From NCBI GenBank assembly GCA_016715075.1, contig JADKBK010000042.1:5710-69709 (forward strand): 64,000 nucleotides of DNA, given 5' to 3'. Positions 62,417 through 64,000 of the stretch are shown piece by piece (position 1 is the stretch's first letter; each line of letters starts with the position of its first letter). The DNA comes from Bacteroidales bacterium (GTDB lineage Bacteria; Bacteroidota; Bacteroidia; Bacteroidales; VadinHA17). The translations under genes and the position numbers were made by a program. Below the pieces are notes generated by a model, which did not search any database, had not been told where the DNA came from, and saw only the letters and a program-made list of their open reading frames with translations.

Positions 62417-62451
62417 TAATAAAGAAGGGCATCCAATTATTCAGATGCCCT
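62417..62451 (-). terminator. Rho-independent-type terminator downstream of rny
   Basis: The minus strand gives stem AGGGCATC / GATGCCCT (plus-strand 62426-62433 and 62444-62451), a 10-nt loop, then TCTTTATTA. Confidence 0.5.
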
Positions 62452-62469
62452 CCTTTATATTACATCATT

Positions 62470-64000
62470 TTATTTTGCATAGTTTACGGATCTGGTCTCT
62501 CTGATAACCGTAATTTTTATCTGTCCGGGATATGTCATTTCATTCTGAATCTTCCTGGCTATTTCAAATGAAAGGCCTTCTGCTTCCTTATCGGTGACTT
62601 TTTCTGCACCGACAATGACGCGAAGTTCCCTACCAGCCTGAATTGCGTATGTTTTCATTACACCCGGATACTGAAGTGCAAGGGATTCGAGTTCCTTCAA
62701 TCTCTTGATATATGATTCAACAACCTCCCTACGCGCTCCGGGGCGGGCTCCTGAAATTGCATCGCAGACCTGTACAATGGGTGCAATAAGGGTTGTCATC
62801 TCTGTTTCATCATGGTGAGAACCTATTGCATTGCAAATCTCAGGTTTCTCCTTATATTTTTCAGCCATTTTCATTCCGAGGATTGCATGTGGCAATTCCG
62901 GCTCATCATCGGGTACTTTGCCAATATCGTGGAGTAGCCCAGCCCTTTTTGCAAGCTTCGGGTTCAAACCAAGTTCAGCAGCCATAATGGAACAGAGGTT
63001 TGCCACTTCACGTGAATGCATTAGCAGGTTCTGTCCATATGATGATCTGTATTTCATCTTCCCAATAAGCCTTATCAGTTCAGGGTGCAAACCATGAATT
63101 CCAAGATCAATTGTAGTTCTTTTTCCCACTTCAAGTATCTCTTCTTCAACTTGTTTCCTTGTTTTCTCCACCATCTCTTCAATTCTGGCGGGGTGAATTC
63201 GGCCGTCAGTCACAAGCTGATGCAACGCGAGTCTGGCAACTTCCCTTCTGACAGGGTCAAAAGCGGAGAGCACGATGGCTTCGGGTGTATCATCCACGAT
63301 AATTTCAACGCCGGTGGCTGCCTCAAGGGCGCGTATGTTCCTGCCTTCACGTCCTATGATTCGTCCCTTCATTTCATCAGATTCGATATGGAAGACAGTC
63401 ACTGCGTTTTCAATGGCATTTTCAGCAGCGACTCTCTGAATGGTCTGAATGACAATTCGTTTAGCTTCTTTATTGGCAGTCATCTTGGCTTCATCCAGAA
63501 TCTCATTCACATATGACATAGCCCCGGTTTTGGCCTCTTCTTTCAGAGATTCAATAAGATGATTTTTAGCCTCCTCGGCAGAAAAACCGGAAATGGCTTC
63601 AAGTTGTTCCACCTGTTGTTTATGGAGTCTTGCGACTTCTTCAGATTTCTTGTCAACAAGTTCAAGCTGTGAAGTAAGATTTTCGCGTATTGCATCTGCC
63701 TCATTCTTTTTCCTCTGAGTCTCTTCAATTTTCTGTGAGAGGGTTTGTTCCTTCTGTTTGATCCTGTTTTCAGCCTGTCCTATCCAGTTATTCTTTTCAT
63801 TGATAACCTTTTCGTGTTCTGTTTTTAGCTGAAGGAATCGCTCTTTAGCCTGGAGGATCTTTTCTTTTCTTGTGACCTCTGCTTCGGCTTCAGCCTCACT
63901 AATAATTTTACGGCTCTTGTTTTTGAGTACCAGCTGCCAGACCAGATAAGAGGCTCCGAAACCTAATACCAGACCAGACAGGCAGAAGACTATCAAAAGT
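62470..64000 (-). CDS. rny: Ribonuclease Y (5' end probably just beyond the window edge)
   Basis: N-terminal [20 protein letters not shown], a coiled coil, KH domain ([26 protein letters not shown]) and HD domain ([13 protein letters not shown]...LLHDIGK). The frame stays open to position 64000. Confidence 0.9.
   Translation of the reverse strand, partial: LLIVFCLSGLVLGFGASYLVWQLVLKNKSRKIISEAEAEAEVTRKEKILQAKERFLQLKTEHEKVINEKNNWIGQAENRIKQKEQTLSQKIEETQRKKNEADAIRENLTSQLELVDKKSEEVARLHKQQVEQLEAISGFSAEEAKNHLIESLKEEAKTGAMSYVNEILDEAKMTANKEAKRIVIQTIQRVAAENAIENAVTVFHIESDEMKGRIIGREGRNIRALEAATGVEIIVDDTPEAIVLSAFDPVRREVARLALHQLVTDGRIHPARIEEMVEKTRKQVEEEILEVGKRTTIDLGIHGLHPELIRLIGKMKYRSSYGQNLLMHSREVANLCSIMAAELGLNPKLAKRAGLLHDIGKVPDDEPELPHAILGMKMAEKYKEKPEICNAIGSHHDETEMTTLIAPIVQVCDAISGARPGARREVVESYIKRLKELESLALQYPGVMKTYAIQAGRELRVIVGAEKVTDKEAEGLSFEIARKIQNEMTYPGQIKITVIRETRSVNYAK

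Overview
This is a chromosomal segment of a Bacteroidota-type genome. That assignment is inferred from gene content only: long-form YidC next to PyrG, DUF349, DUF4249 and TonB-dependent receptor genes, many lipoprotein signal peptides, TAnnTTTG -7 boxes, and A-rich leaders without Shine-Dalgarno sites. I can support about 50 protein genes, one tRNA-Arg(UCU) and one cobalamin riboswitch. Most of the window is housekeeping or envelope function. It holds a TonB-dependent receptor locus (0.2-4 kb) and two tandem, degraded aconitase-family genes with an AraC regulator (4.5-9 kb). A riboswitch-controlled corrinoid uptake operon follows, with btuB-like, beta-propeller lipoprotein and btuFCD-like genes (14.9-21.5 kb). 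The rest includes yidC, pyrG, pyrBI, queE, an RND efflux operon, and a nucleotide-sugar cluster (fcl, gmd, a cytidylyltransferase/GHMP fusion, an epimerase, wecB) followed by rny. The stand-out accessory block lies at 31.4-41.2 kb. It combines a C39-peptidase ABC exporter with a HlyD partner, an ECF-like sigma factor, and a signal-peptide-bearing TPR protein with a CHAT caspase-like protease. It also holds an ORF absent from the six-frame track, a 44-aa peptide with a double-glycine leader (39000-39134). Downstream of that are a nested hairpin, a 46-bp tandem repeat array, an anti-sigma-like TPR membrane protein and a sensor-less histidine kinase. I propose this block as a candidate undescribed peptide-signalling or conflict module. 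Data-quality caveat: at least nine genes are split by 1-nt indels sitting in homopolymer runs, which most likely reflects sequencing error rather than biology. I saw no transposase, integrase, CRISPR array or rRNA. All calls come from reading motifs by eye; no database search was run.
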